A stretch of DNA of 64,000 nucleotides from a virus (taxonomy: Duplodnaviria; Caudoviricetes). A program made the translations under genes and the position numbers. Of this stretch, positions 20,933 through 30,776 are shown piece by piece; position 1 is the stretch's first letter; each line of letters opens with the position of its first letter. The notes beneath the pieces were generated by a model that worked only from the letters and a program-made list of their open reading frames with translations, had not been told where the DNA came from and did not search any database. Location of the stretch: the IMG/VR virus record IMGVR_UViG_3300028591_000078, positions 174,366 through 238,365 of that record. One strand, 5' to 3'.

Positions 20933-21355
20933 CTAGAGGTTATTCTCTGTTTTGTCGTTATATTGTGCTAAGAAGTCCATCTCACTACTGTAGATAAGGC
21001 CTAAGAGATCACTCATATCTTTTTTAGAAAGCATTTTGATTCTCTTTATATCAAACTCTTTCACAGAACACATATTATTTAGCATAAGTATAACGAAATA
21101 TAATTCAGCATTACCGTATATATCTACAGCAAGGAGTTTAGGCTTATACTTATACTTCCAGAACTCCTGATCATTAAGCACCACTGTAGTAGATTTGCCT
21201 AATAATTCAAATAGGTAATCACTGACTACATTATATATCGGAATCTTTATATCACCAGTTTCATCCAGCATACTTAAATTAGCATAAGATATAGTAACAG
21301 CACTACCAGCTTCGATAAACTGTTCCAAAGTAGAAGTACTTTTAAGACTTGCCAT
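20933..21355 (-). CDS. Baseplate wedge protein (T4 gp53/LysM-like)
   Basis: KPKLLAVDIYGNAELYFVILMLN motif. Confidence 0.6.
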   Translation of the reverse strand: MASLKSTSTLEQFIEAGSAVTISYANLSMLDETGDIKIPIYNVVSDYLFELLGKSTTVVLNDQEFWKYKYKPKLLAVDIYGNAELYFVILMLNNMCSVKEFDIKRIKMLSKKDMSDLLGLIYSSEMDFLAQYNDKTENNL

Positions 21356-21704
21356 GATTCTGATACCTCCCCACTATAATAGGCTTGGTGACATCTCCAC
21401 CAATAAACTCTACTATCCAGAGTGTTCCAGCAGGAATATATTTCTCTGGATAAGTAAGTGCTACATATTTAGGAAATGGTATAAAGAGTAGTCCATTATC
21501 ACCATAGGAGTTTACCACAACTTCAGAAGGCTTCTGATTCTTAAGAGGTGTTTTAGAGATAGCAGGATCTCTAGATACATCAGGAGCATCAGACTGATAA
21601 GGAGATAAATTTGGTACATAGAATGGATGTATATATGAATGATACTTGTTTACCATTACAACAAGTTCAGCAACTTCAACAAATTCGTGTCTACCTTGAG
21701 ACAT
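21342..21704 (-). CDS. Baseplate hub OB-fold protein (gp5 N-terminal-like)
   Basis: PAGTLWIVEFIGGDVTKPIIVG motif. Confidence 0.55.
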   Translation of the reverse strand: MSQGRHEFVEVAELVVMVNKYHSYIHPFYVPNLSPYQSDAPDVSRDPAISKTPLKNQKPSEVVVNSYGDNGLLFIPFPKYVALTYPEKYIPAGTLWIVEFIGGDVTKPIIVGRYQNHGKS

Positions 21705-21786
21705 TAATAATCACATCCTTGGAAACATAAATTTAATAAATAGTTAAACCTATCTAAAATGATAGGTTGGAAAGGGTGTGCTTTTT

Positions 21787-22059
21787 ATGGTAGAAATAAA
21801 TACAGCGCCGACATTTGATCAAGCGTGCGAAATTATAAAAAATTGCAATGAGGAAAGTTTAAAAGATATCAAGAAAGATATTATAAAGGTAGAAATGGAT
21901 AGAATGCTGACATTTGATCAAGCATGCAGTAAAGCACGTTGTACAGAAGAAGAATTAAAGAATCTTATAGAATCTGGAAGAATAAGACCGTTCTTAACAG
22001 ATGGATATTATTTAATATCAGAATGGGGTTTAGAGCAGTGTTGTGATAAACTCTTTTAG
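21787..22059 (+). CDS. Excisionase/MerR-like HTH DNA-binding protein
   Basis: MLTFDQACSKARCTEEELKNLIESGRI...YLISE; TFDQAC occurs twice. Confidence 0.55.
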   Translation: MVEINTAPTFDQACEIIKNCNEESLKDIKKDIIKVEMDRMLTFDQACSKARCTEEELKNLIESGRIRPFLTDGYYLISEWGLEQCCDKLF

Positions 22060-22074
22060 GAGATTGGAGAGTTA

Positions 22075-22542
22075 ATGATGAGTAATAGTACAGATTTTGC
22101 AATCAAGATGATGCAAGAAATCGGACTTGAATTAGGTCCGAATAATTATGTAGTAGATCAGGATACTGGAGATGCTCTTATGTTTAAGGGCAAGAGAACC
22201 AGATTTATAACAGATCCTACAGATATGCAGTATAGACGGGATGATGTACCATTCGACCCATTAAATAATAATAATATGATGAGTAATCTCTTCCAATACT
22301 ATGCAACTAAACTCGAAGAGCAAGATGATAGATATATCTCTGTAGTATATCAGTCTTCTCAAGAGAGGTTTGAGAAAGGTACTGTAAGTTGTAGAGAGGG
22401 TAATGATACTATACAGTCAGATGAATACTATAAAGACTCTCTTAAGTATGGTAGTCTGATCTGTAAGCTTAATGGTGGAAATGAAAGATTTGATGAGTTT
22501 GATGCTCCACCGATAGTTAAAAAACGAGGAAAGAAGAAATAA
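22075..22542 (+). CDS. Hypothetical protein
   Basis: ORF with RBS and basic C-terminal tail. Confidence 0.6.
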   Translation: MMSNSTDFAIKMMQEIGLELGPNNYVVDQDTGDALMFKGKRTRFITDPTDMQYRRDDVPFDPLNNNNMMSNLFQYYATKLEEQDDRYISVVYQSSQERFEKGTVSCREGNDTIQSDEYYKDSLKYGSLICKLNGGNERFDEFDAPPIVKKRGKKK

Positions 22543-22543
22543 T

Positions 22544-23746
22544 ATGGGTATCATATTAAACCCTGGACAAAAATATATAGTACAAGAAGCTAAGAAATGG
22601 TATCGTAGTGCTAATGAACAAGTCTTTCAGATACAAGGACCACCTGGAACTGGAAAGAGTGTTACATTAAATGCTATCATTGATGAGCTTAAATTAAATA
22701 GAGATCGTGTAGCCCCAATGTCATTCATTGGGGCTGCAGCAATTAATATGAGAGTAAAAGGTTTCTATAATGCTAAGACTATTCATTCATGGTTATATTG
22801 GCCTGTAGAAGAAGTCATGTTAGACGAAAATGGTAAACCTATAATAGATTCATACTTTAATAAGCCTAAGAAACATTTAGTCTTTGAACCTAAGCCTTTA
22901 GGAGATATAGATCTAATGGTTATAGATGAGGCTTATGCTACTCCATTATCTCTTAAAAAAGATATAGAATGTAGGAATAAGCTTATATTAGCTGCAGGTG
23001 ATAAAGATCAGTTATCCCCAGTGAAAGATGCTCCAGCATATCTTGTAGATGGTAGAATATACTATCTAGATGAGATAATGAGACAAGAAGAAGGATCTGC
23101 TATCATATATCTATCTCAGAGGATTAAACAAGGATTACCAATACATTCCGGATACTATGGTAATGTATTAGTAATAGAGAATGAAGAGTTGAATGATGAT
23201 ATAATCTCACGAGCAGAAGTAATAATCTGTGGTAGAAATGAAACTAGGGATATGATGAATCATCATATACGACAAGATATTCTAAGAAAGACTTCTAGAG
23301 TACCAGAGTATGGTGAACGAATGGTATGTAGAAAGAATAATTTCCATCTAGAAGTAGATGGAATATCTTTGGCAAATGGATTAATGGGTAAAGTAACTTC
23401 CCATGTAGATCCAAGTACTTTCAATGGTAAGACTTACACAATAGATTTCCAGCCAGATTTAATGGGTAGACCATTTCAAAGAGTACAATGTGATTATAAT
23501 TATCTCTTAGCAAATAATGATCAACGACAAAAATTAAAGTTAGATAGGTTTTCACGAGGAGAGAAGTTTGAGTATGCTTATGCTATTACATCTCATATCT
23601 CTCAAGGAAGTGAATGGGATAAAGGTGTATATCTTGAAGAGCATTTAAATCCTAGCATGGATGCAAGGTTAGCATATGTAGGACTGACTCGTTTCAGAAA
23701 GTCTTGTATCTTTGTCAAGGCTAAACGTAGAAAATACTATATCTAA
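22544..23746 (+). CDS. SF1B helicase (Dda/RecD2-like)
   Basis: GPPGTGKS, IDEA, GDKDQL, IMRQ, YAITSHISQGSEW, YVGLTR. Confidence 0.9.
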   Translation: MGIILNPGQKYIVQEAKKWYRSANEQVFQIQGPPGTGKSVTLNAIIDELKLNRDRVAPMSFIGAAAINMRVKGFYNAKTIHSWLYWPVEEVMLDENGKPIIDSYFNKPKKHLVFEPKPLGDIDLMVIDEAYATPLSLKKDIECRNKLILAAGDKDQLSPVKDAPAYLVDGRIYYLDEIMRQEEGSAIIYLSQRIKQGLPIHSGYYGNVLVIENEELNDDIISRAEVIICGRNETRDMMNHHIRQDILRKTSRVPEYGERMVCRKNNFHLEVDGISLANGLMGKVTSHVDPSTFNGKTYTIDFQPDLMGRPFQRVQCDYNYLLANNDQRQKLKLDRFSRGEKFEYAYAITSHISQGSEWDKGVYLEEHLNPSMDARLAYVGLTRFRKSCIFVKAKRRKYYI

Positions 23747-23785
23747 CTTTATAGTAAAATAATTCTATAAGGAGGAATTTTTATC

Positions 23786-24241
23786 ATGGCCGAGGAAACA
23801 AAACCCGTGGTTGATATTAAGTCTTTTATACAGTTTGTAGATGGGACTGTTCTCAGAACACTTGCTGTATACAGTTATAAAGAATGGTTCAGCGGAGCAA
23901 ATAGAGACGTATTTGAGATCCGTATGCCTGAAGAGGAAACCTCTTTTGAACAGATAAGGCAGATCGTCGACAAGGAGAACAATACTCAGCTTCTCATACT
24001 TATTGAAAGACATTATGATGAAGATGTAACTATCGTCAAGGAAAATAAGTTCCAGCATGGCTTCTATACACTGGTAATTGATAGTGGTATCAAATATATA
24101 GAAGACTTCGGTGAGTGCTTTGTTCTCAAGCTTGCTCAGATGACAAAGGAAGAACAGCAGGAATGGCTTACAGCTCTTGATATCGATGAACAGGGCGCTG
24201 CTATAGTAGAACTTGCTGACATCATTGCTAATATGCAGTAA
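23786..24241 (+). CDS. Late protein, possible fibre-associated chaperone
   Basis: AGGAGG RBS; late promoter at 23745-23756; C-terminal AIVELADII helix. Confidence 0.5.
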   Translation: MAEETKPVVDIKSFIQFVDGTVLRTLAVYSYKEWFSGANRDVFEIRMPEEETSFEQIRQIVDKENNTQLLILIERHYDEDVTIVKENKFQHGFYTLVIDSGIKYIEDFGECFVLKLAQMTKEEQQEWLTALDIDEQGAAIVELADIIANMQ

Positions 24242-24350
24242 AACAATAGTCCTAGGGAATTATCCCTAGGACTATATTTTATATACCTATATTAAGGCAA
24301 TATATGACTGTGCTCGAAAATGAGCACAGTCTTTTAAATTATTTTCTACA

Positions 24351-24391
24351 ACCTATATAACTTAAGTGTTTTACACTTAAGTTATATAGGT
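24351..24391. promoter_or_regulatory. Palindromic switch promoter 1 (18-bp arms, loop TTTTA), pointing away from 24420
   Basis: acctatataacttaagtg-tttta-cacttaagttatataggt; minus strand AACT-TAAGTG-TA, plus strand AACT-TAAGTG-TT. Confidence 0.7.
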
Positions 24392-24419
24392 GTAAAATTT
24401 TCGAAAGAAGGTTTGATAT

Positions 24420-25148
24420 ATGTCTTTATGGGTTAATGAAAATGGAGTAATGAAAGAGATTACTGATGTAAATAAAAGCAATGCTATAAATATAGTAAAA
24501 CTTGGAATAGATGATCTTGATGTAACTGCTGATCAGGTAAAAAACTATATTATAAATTGGACTGGTTGGAATAAGGCAGCTTTTAATGATGAATATAAAG
24601 GTGAATTACTAATTCCTATAAAAACGGTTAATATTGGATGTGCCCCTGAGCTTATAGGAATTAATTATACAAGAGAATATTTTTATCAAGATGATATAGA
24701 TGATAGTAATGATTATTCAAGTTATGACCTTTTTATATTATCTAATACAACAACTACGGTAACAAAAACAACTATAGAAAGAATCGGATATAGCTATGTA
24801 GAAAGAGGAGATTTTGGAATCTCTGTAGATCTTAATATATTACGTCAAGGAAAGTATGCTAATCTTAAAGCAGAATATTCTTATAGCATGCCTTTTACAA
24901 CAGAAACTAATCAGGTTTCTACAACACGCAATGGTCGAACTATTACATATAGACCGGTAATGACACCTATGAAGTGCGTTGTAATGCATTTATCTGGATC
25001 AAATCTTATATTCTATCAGTCAGCAAATATTTATTCATATGGCGGAGAACATGAAACTACTTCTGCACTTAGAAATAATCTTAGAGTTCAAGCTAGTTCG
25101 ACTGGTGGTAAAGGTATAGCAATGTACACTATACCTATATTACATTAA
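24420..25148 (+). CDS. Tail-tip/adhesin paralog 1
   Basis: MSLWVNENGVMKEIT; IPIKT...GC.P shared with 31918-32607. Confidence 0.65.
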   Translation: MSLWVNENGVMKEITDVNKSNAINIVKLGIDDLDVTADQVKNYIINWTGWNKAAFNDEYKGELLIPIKTVNIGCAPELIGINYTREYFYQDDIDDSNDYSSYDLFILSNTTTTVTKTTIERIGYSYVERGDFGISVDLNILRQGKYANLKAEYSYSMPFTTETNQVSTTRNGRTITYRPVMTPMKCVVMHLSGSNLIFYQSANIYSYGGEHETTSALRNNLRVQASSTGGKGIAMYTIPILH

Positions 25149-25237
25149 GTAAATATTTCCAATTAATCTATGTATAACTTTATAATACTCTTGTACATAT
25201 AGTCTTAGATGACTATATGTATAGGAGGTTATTATAT

Positions 25238-25510
25238 ATGTCTAATAATAAGCAACCATTTTTATTTGACATAGATTCTGGAAATATTGGGGTAGGAGAA
25301 GATACTCCAATTATACAATTTAAGCATCCACCAAAGATTGTAGTATTATATCTATATGATACAAGAAGTATTTATAATCCTATGAAAGTTATAACTCTTC
25401 ATCAAGATACTTCTAAACACATCTTTGGTACTAACTATGTAGAACTACAAGGAAAATATCTAATATTTAATATGAGTACCGATGGTTTCTCATGGCTAGC
25501 ATTTTTCTAA
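25238..25510 (+). CDS. Small tip-domain-like protein lacking the family N-terminal motif
   Basis: Start MSNNKQ after AGGAGG; FKHPPKIVVL resembles family F.PK motif; ordinary late promoter at 25176-25187. Confidence 0.5.
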   Translation: MSNNKQPFLFDIDSGNIGVGEDTPIIQFKHPPKIVVLYLYDTRSIYNPMKVITLHQDTSKHIFGTNYVELQGKYLIFNMSTDGFSWLAFF

Positions 25511-25514
25511 AACT

Positions 25515-25544
25515 AATCCCTAGGGTATTAATACCCTAGGGATT
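25515..25544. terminator. Bidirectional terminator between convergent genes
   Basis: Perfect palindrome aatccctagggtatt/aataccctagggatt; related CCTAGGG hairpins at 24246-24275 and 26531-26557. Confidence 0.7.
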
Positions 25545-25551
25545 TATTGTT

Positions 25552-25980
25552 TTAATAGAAGATGATTAGTTCACCATCTTCATATTTATAACTACTGCTA
25601 CCATACGTTGTAGAATCGGATCCATTTGAAATTTCAATAGATAATTTTTTAGTTGAATCATTATAGGAATATTTATAATGATATCGTCCAGTACTACCAT
25701 TATTATTATTTATTCCTACAAAGCTACCACTAGACCCTGAACTAGTATCTATGTTTAATCTGTCAACTCCATCACTATTAATACCAGAAGAACTTGGTTC
25801 TGTATATCTATAAAAACACATACAAAATTTTGGAGCGCTAGGAAGATCAACAGTTTTATTTAATGAACCAGTACTGGTTGATGCTTTAAAAGATTTTATT
25901 CCTGTTAATCCAGAACCAGCAGCAAGATATTCATCAGTTAAACTAGTTACAGTACCATCTTCATTAGCATATATTGCCAT
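25552..25980 (-). CDS. Tail-tip/adhesin paralog 2
   Basis: MAIYANEDGTVTSLT; close paralog of 26565-26972. Confidence 0.65.
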   Translation of the reverse strand: MAIYANEDGTVTSLTDEYLAAGSGLTGIKSFKASTSTGSLNKTVDLPSAPKFCMCFYRYTEPSSSGINSDGVDRLNIDTSSGSSGSFVGINNNNGSTGRYHYKYSYNDSTKKLSIEISNGSDSTTYGSSSYKYEDGELIIFY

Positions 25981-26028
25981 AATAAGCCTCCTTATGAATG
26001 TAAATAAATTTTATTCCTATTTATTTTG

Positions 26029-26058
26029 CTAAACTTAAAAGTAAACTTTTAAGTTTAG
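26029..26058. promoter_or_regulatory. Palindromic switch promoter 2 (13-bp arms), pointing away from 25980
   Basis: ctaaacttaaaag-taaa-cttttaagtttag; plus strand AACT-TAAAAG-TA. Confidence 0.7.
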
Positions 26059-26140
26059 TCGAAAATTAAAAATTACATACTCACATGCTGCCTAAGTATA
26101 TGAGTGGTAAAAATTTTTGATCAAATTAATTTTTAAATGA

Positions 26141-26169
26141 CTAAACTTTCAGTTTTACTGAAAGTTTAG
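26141..26169. promoter_or_regulatory. Palindromic switch promoter 3 (12-bp arms), pointing away from 26193
   Basis: ctaaactttcag-tttta-ctgaaagtttag; minus strand AACT-N5-TA (one short of consensus). Confidence 0.55.
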
Positions 26170-26192
26170 GAAAGAAAGAGAAATGCATTTTT

Positions 26193-26525
26193 ATGGCTGT
26201 ATATGCTAATGAAGATGGTACTATTAAAAATCTGACTGATATAACTAATACTGGTTTTACAAAAATTACAATGGGAATTATAGGTTCTAAGGGTACTATA
26301 TCAAAAAATGTTGGTTTTACTATAAAACATTGTTTATTTATTGGAATTAGAGAAAGTGGCGGAGACAGTTATCCTGAAATACAGTCTAATACATTTGCGG
26401 TTGATAGTGGATCTATATATGTAGGAGGATATGATTACGCAAATGTATCATTTTCTGGAACTACTATTTCCTATAGTAATAATGGTAGTAGCAACAGAAA
26501 TGTTGTTTATATAGCATTTGGATAA
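26193..26525 (+). CDS. Tail-tip/adhesin paralog 3
   Basis: MAVYANEDGTIKNLT; VGFTIKHCLF; ends YIAFG. Confidence 0.65.
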   Translation: MAVYANEDGTIKNLTDITNTGFTKITMGIIGSKGTISKNVGFTIKHCLFIGIRESGGDSYPEIQSNTFAVDSGSIYVGGYDYANVSFSGTTISYSNNGSSNRNVVYIAFG

Positions 26526-26564
26526 ATAAAATCCCTAGGGTAAAATACCCTAGGGATATTTATT

Positions 26565-26972
26565 TTAATAAAAGACTATCATTAGACAATCCTCATATTT
26601 TCTATCTTCTGAAGTTTGATTGGTACCAGCGTGTCCATTATTTATACTAATTACTAGCTGTTTTGTTGATTCTATATAATTATAGGTATATAAATAACTG
26701 TTTGGTATACTTCCATTTGAATCAAATTTACCAACCCAATGGCCACTTAGATTAACAGAATATCCTAGATATGAGTGATATTCAAGGCCACCAGCAGTAC
26801 CACTTATAAGTTTATTATATGTATAAAAACATAAAACAAATTTTGGCTTGCTATCAAGCGTTATAGTAGTCGATTTAGTAAAAGCTTTTATTCCTGTTAG
26901 CCCAGAATCAACAGCAAGATATTCACCAGTTAAATCAGATATAGTACCATCTTCATTAGCGTATATAGCCAT
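26565..26972 (-). CDS. Tail-tip/adhesin paralog 4
   Basis: MAIYANEDGTISDLT; paralog of 25552-25980. Confidence 0.65.
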   Translation of the reverse strand: MAIYANEDGTISDLTGEYLAVDSGLTGIKAFTKSTTITLDSKPKFVLCFYTYNKLISGTAGGLEYHSYLGYSVNLSGHWVGKFDSNGSIPNSYLYTYNYIESTKQLVISINNGHAGTNQTSEDRKYEDCLMIVFY

Positions 26973-27020
26973 AGTAAACCTCCTTATGAATGTATTTTAT
27001 TTTTATTCCTATTTATTTTG

Positions 27021-27050
27021 CTAAACTTAAAAGTAAACTTTTAAGTTTAG
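27021..27050. promoter_or_regulatory. Palindromic switch promoter 4, pointing away from 26972
   Basis: Identical to 26029-26058; no gene is served in the direction it currently reads. Confidence 0.7.
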
Positions 27051-27157
27051 TTGCTTGTAAAATTTTACATATGGCCATACTGCCTAAGTATAAGAATGAT
27101 TAAAATTCTATATTTGATTAAATAATAAAGCCGTAGGGAAATTCCCTACGGCTAATT

Positions 27158-27742
27158 TTATTCATCATCGTATACACTAGAAAGTTCTTTTCCAATATCT
27201 GTAACTCCAGCTTCATCATTAGATATCTGCTCTGTTGCTTCCTCATCTTCATTAAATGATTTTGCTGCCCATTCAGATATACCAATATCTTTAGTATCTT
27301 GGACGAATTCATCTTTACGAGTATATACTTTTATAGCATCAAGTACATATTGATCGAGCTTCATAGCATCTATGAGTTTTAATATATTAGGACTCAATCC
27401 ATACTCTGACCCACATTCAAATAAACGCTCTTTAGCAACTCCAAGTATTGCCAGATAATACTCATCTTCAGTATTGAAATCACGTCTATTTAAAGATGCT
27501 ATCTTGATTGCATCCTGTGCTACCTGATCAATCTGTTCGAGAATAAGTGTAAGATAGTCATCTACATCCATAGTGACTTCAGATTTTGCAGACTTCTTTC
27601 TACGAATCTCTAAGATCAACATAGCAAGATTTACCATTACAAGTACTACTACTGCTACTATAAGTAAAACACTAGTAGCCTCATTCTCAGGTGTCATTAC
27701 CTCGGGATGAGATTCTGCACTAAGTAAAATAGTATTCATCAT
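27158..27742 (-). CDS. Single-TM membrane protein
   Basis: Start MMNTILL after AGGAGG; hydrophobic VLLIVAVVVLVMVNLAMLIL then RRKK. Confidence 0.6.
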   Translation of the reverse strand: MMNTILLSAESHPEVMTPENEATSVLLIVAVVVLVMVNLAMLILEIRRKKSAKSEVTMDVDDYLTLILEQIDQVAQDAIKIASLNRRDFNTEDEYYLAILGVAKERLFECGSEYGLSPNILKLIDAMKLDQYVLDAIKVYTRKDEFVQDTKDIGISEWAAKSFNEDEEATEQISNDEAGVTDIGKELSSVYDDE

Positions 27743-27759
27743 CTTAAACCCTCCTCTTA

Positions 27760-29412
27760 TTAGCATACATAGTTATTATTCGTATTATTATTAGCAACAA
27801 TTCCAGACAGTCCTTTACCTCTTAAGAGGTTATTGCTGAAAATGTTGTTCTGGCCATTTACATATATTGTATACTCATCATCTTTGTAGTCTTTAGGATC
27901 ACCATTTCCACGGACTATAGTATTATATGCAAAAATATTGTATTTCGGTACTACATCTGTAGAACCCTGAGCAGCATTCAGCAGAGCGATACCAATCTTG
28001 CAATTAATAAGATGATTATTCTCTATCTTATTATACTGAGTATTAGAGTAGAAAGATGCTACATAGATACCAAGATTACAATCTATGGCTTTAGAGAATA
28101 CTATAGAGTTTGTATAGCAAGGAGTATTGACATCAGATATTATCCAGAAGCCATACTTACAATTCTTAGCAGTACAGTTCTCTATAATATTATTATCTCC
28201 AGTAATCTTGATACCATGTCTACACTCTACAGTAACATTCTCGATTCTATTATTGTTACCATGTACACATATATTACCCCAAGGACGTTCAATAGGACCA
28301 ATAAGTCCCATAGAAGATATACTGAGATTTCTAAGAGTTATTCCAGAACCCTTGATATCAAATACATACTGCTCAGTCTTCTTATCAAACATATCCATAT
28401 GTATAGAGTTGGTAATCTTAACACCAGATTCACCTACTATTTCAACATCGTTTCTATTGATAATAATAGGCTTTCTGGTAGTATATGAATTATATGCTTT
28501 AAGAAGAACTATCTTTCTAGCATTCACATTATTGAGCAGCTTGGCAAATACTTCATGAAGAGAATCATCCTGTCCAACAACGAAGTCTGCACCTGTATAT
28601 TCAGGACCTATAGTATATACCTTAGGTTCGAGTCTTACTATCGGAACTTTAGTATCTCTATATACTAACTGATTACCCTCAAACTGAATAGCTTCGAGTT
28701 TCATCAGCATTTCAGGAGACATAAGTCCAGACTTATAATAGGTTACAAGGTTATTATCAGCCTTACTATCCCAAGATGAAATCTGCTCATCAGATACATG
28801 ACGGATATTCTCATTAGAAGGATGGATATAATTATTAGCATTATAGTCTATAGACTTAAGCTTATCATAGTCCTTTGCTGTAATAAGACCATCGATCTCA
28901 CTAGTAGCAAGAGGATAAGTGAACATCTTTAAAGCTACCCACTTACCAGCAGTGTAACGATATCCTATGCCTTCATCATTTACTGGCACAAACCAGCCCT
29001 CTTCTATATTACTAAGACCAGAATACTTCTGTTTAAATTCTTCAGTATTCTTTACTGCTGGCTGCCATTTCATACCCATAGTAGCAGCTGCAATTTTATT
29101 ATCAGTTTCACTACGAGTATACTTATCAAAGATCTTAGATCTTTCTTCTTTAGTAATATGAATAATAGCGTTATTAGTATGGGATCTAAGCTCAGATCTT
29201 ACAAGGTCTGCTTTAGCCTTAGAGCCCTTAACAGACTCTTTATTATTCCATTCATCAGTCTTCTCTTTAGTAAGATGAATATTCTGATTAGTTATATGAG
29301 CGAGCATTCTCTCATATATTATAGGATCAACAGAGACATTCTCCTGAGTAATATTAGTAGTAGTTTCTTCTGCCTTAGAAGAATTGTCTGATATAATTCC
29401 AATCGGTTTCAA
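27760..29412 (-). CDS. Tail spike/fibre with right-handed beta-helix (pectate-lyase-like) domain
   Basis: TTG start after GGGAGG; HxxNxxIH repeats; GNNNRIENV/GDNNIIENC beta-helix repeats. Confidence 0.7.
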   Translation of the reverse strand: MKPIGIISDNSSKAEETTTNITQENVSVDPIIYERMLAHITNQNIHLTKEKTDEWNNKESVKGSKAKADLVRSELRSHTNNAIIHITKEERSKIFDKYTRSETDNKIAAATMGMKWQPAVKNTEEFKQKYSGLSNIEEGWFVPVNDEGIGYRYTAGKWVALKMFTYPLATSEIDGLITAKDYDKLKSIDYNANNYIHPSNENIRHVSDEQISSWDSKADNNLVTYYKSGLMSPEMLMKLEAIQFEGNQLVYRDTKVPIVRLEPKVYTIGPEYTGADFVVGQDDSLHEVFAKLLNNVNARKIVLLKAYNSYTTRKPIIINRNDVEIVGESGVKITNSIHMDMFDKKTEQYVFDIKGSGITLRNLSISSMGLIGPIERPWGNICVHGNNNRIENVTVECRHGIKITGDNNIIENCTAKNCKYGFWIISDVNTPCYTNSIVFSKAIDCNLGIYVASFYSNTQYNKIENNHLINCKIGIALLNAAQGSTDVVPKYNIFAYNTIVRGNGDPKDYKDDEYTIYVNGQNNIFSNNLLRGKGLSGIVANNNTNNNYVC

Positions 29413-29471
29413 TTGAAGTCCTCCCTTCAAAATTTGGTGGTCGGGATAGATATCTATCCCGACCGATTTAT

Positions 29472-30689
29472 TTAAAGATCTTCAGGATGGATCTCAGCAT
29501 CATAAGAGTATCCATGAGGATGCATTGCAGTTGTAGGAACATGACGCATTGCAGGTCTAAGATCATGATGGTCAAGATCCCATCTGTCCTTAGATATCTG
29601 GTAATATCTCATACACTTAAGAGATTCCAAGCAAGGATCAGGTACAGTAAACAGCGATGCAGATGTACCAGCTTCAAGCTTGATATATTCTATAGTAGCA
29701 TCTGCTTCAGAAGAAGCCATAAGTCCTACATAGTAATTATCTACAGGCTCAGCGATATTGAATGTATACATATTCAGACCACTAGCACCACAGAGCTTAG
29801 TACCATTGGTAGCAGTAAGCAGATAGATATTAGCACTACCAGTAAGCTTAGCAGAAAGTGTATAGTTTCCAGCAGGAAGATGCTCTATGTACTGTACTAT
29901 ATTACCACCAGTAGCAAATCTTACTCTGATAGGATTGGACAGATAGAGTCCAGTATCATCAGCAAATATCTTACAACCATTAGTATACCATCTATCAACA
30001 GTATAACCAGTGATATCATAAGATACTTCTTCTCTCTGATTTATATAGAAAGAAGGATTGATAAGTATATTAGGTTTAGATGTAGACTGATCATAGGTAG
30101 CAGAACCACCTTCAGATTCTGTATTACATCTTACAAGTTCGAGTGCAGGATCAGGATCTACATACATAGTACCATTTTCACCATGCTCGATCTTTACATA
30201 CTGAAGAATTATATCTTCACCAGAGTACACTCTGATAACGAACTCATTGGTTACAGTATTATATACTATTCTAGGACCAATCTGAGTTACCTGTTCCTGA
30301 TAGAAATAGCTATTATTGGTAGCATCTCTAATAAATGCATCCCATGTAGCTTCATATCCAACAGTCTTACAAGAGATAGAAAAGAGACTTCCTACCTCTA
30401 TATTTCTAGTAAGCTTCTGAGATATATTAATATAAGCATCAGAAGTACCACTTACTCTTACTCTGAGACCCTGTTCTACAGGATTTATCTCAAAAGATAC
30501 ATCAGGAGACTGAGAGCTTGTAACAGTCCAGTTATTTACACATGATTTATTGAATTCTGTATAAGAATCTTTACCCGAAGTATTGATCTTAAAGTTTGAA
30601 TTGATCAAAAGATTGGGGTTGCATATAGTATTAGGCGAGACGATTCTGGCATTTCCAGCAATCATGTTGCTTCCAATTGCAAGAGACAT
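29472..30689 (-). CDS. Tail fibre-associated protein with tandem carbohydrate-binding-like domains
   Basis: Two NLLIN.xF.IN(Q) domains; YTVDRW; CMRYYQ. Confidence 0.65.
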   Translation of the reverse strand: MSLAIGSNMIAGNARIVSPNTICNPNLLINSNFKINTSGKDSYTEFNKSCVNNWTVTSSQSPDVSFEINPVEQGLRVRVSGTSDAYINISQKLTRNIEVGSLFSISCKTVGYEATWDAFIRDATNNSYFYQEQVTQIGPRIVYNTVTNEFVIRVYSGEDIILQYVKIEHGENGTMYVDPDPALELVRCNTESEGGSATYDQSTSKPNILINPSFYINQREEVSYDITGYTVDRWYTNGCKIFADDTGLYLSNPIRVRFATGGNIVQYIEHLPAGNYTLSAKLTGSANIYLLTATNGTKLCGASGLNMYTFNIAEPVDNYYVGLMASSEADATIEYIKLEAGTSASLFTVPDPCLESLKCMRYYQISKDRWDLDHHDLRPAMRHVPTTAMHPHGYSYDAEIHPEDL

Positions 30690-30776
30690 ATAGGATTTCC
30701 TCCTTTTGAATTGATATTTAATATAAAGTTAAGAGAAGCAATATTAAACCCTACCCATATGGGTAGGGTTAATGTA

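Larger units (their letters stand above)
25981..26192. repeat. Divergent intergenic module; inverted near-copy at 34466-34672, partial direct copies at 26973-27095 and 32630-32710
   Basis: Shared ttttattcctatttattttgctaaacttaaaagtaaacttttaagtttag and aaaatttttgatcaaattaatttttaaatgactaaacttt. Confidence 0.85.
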
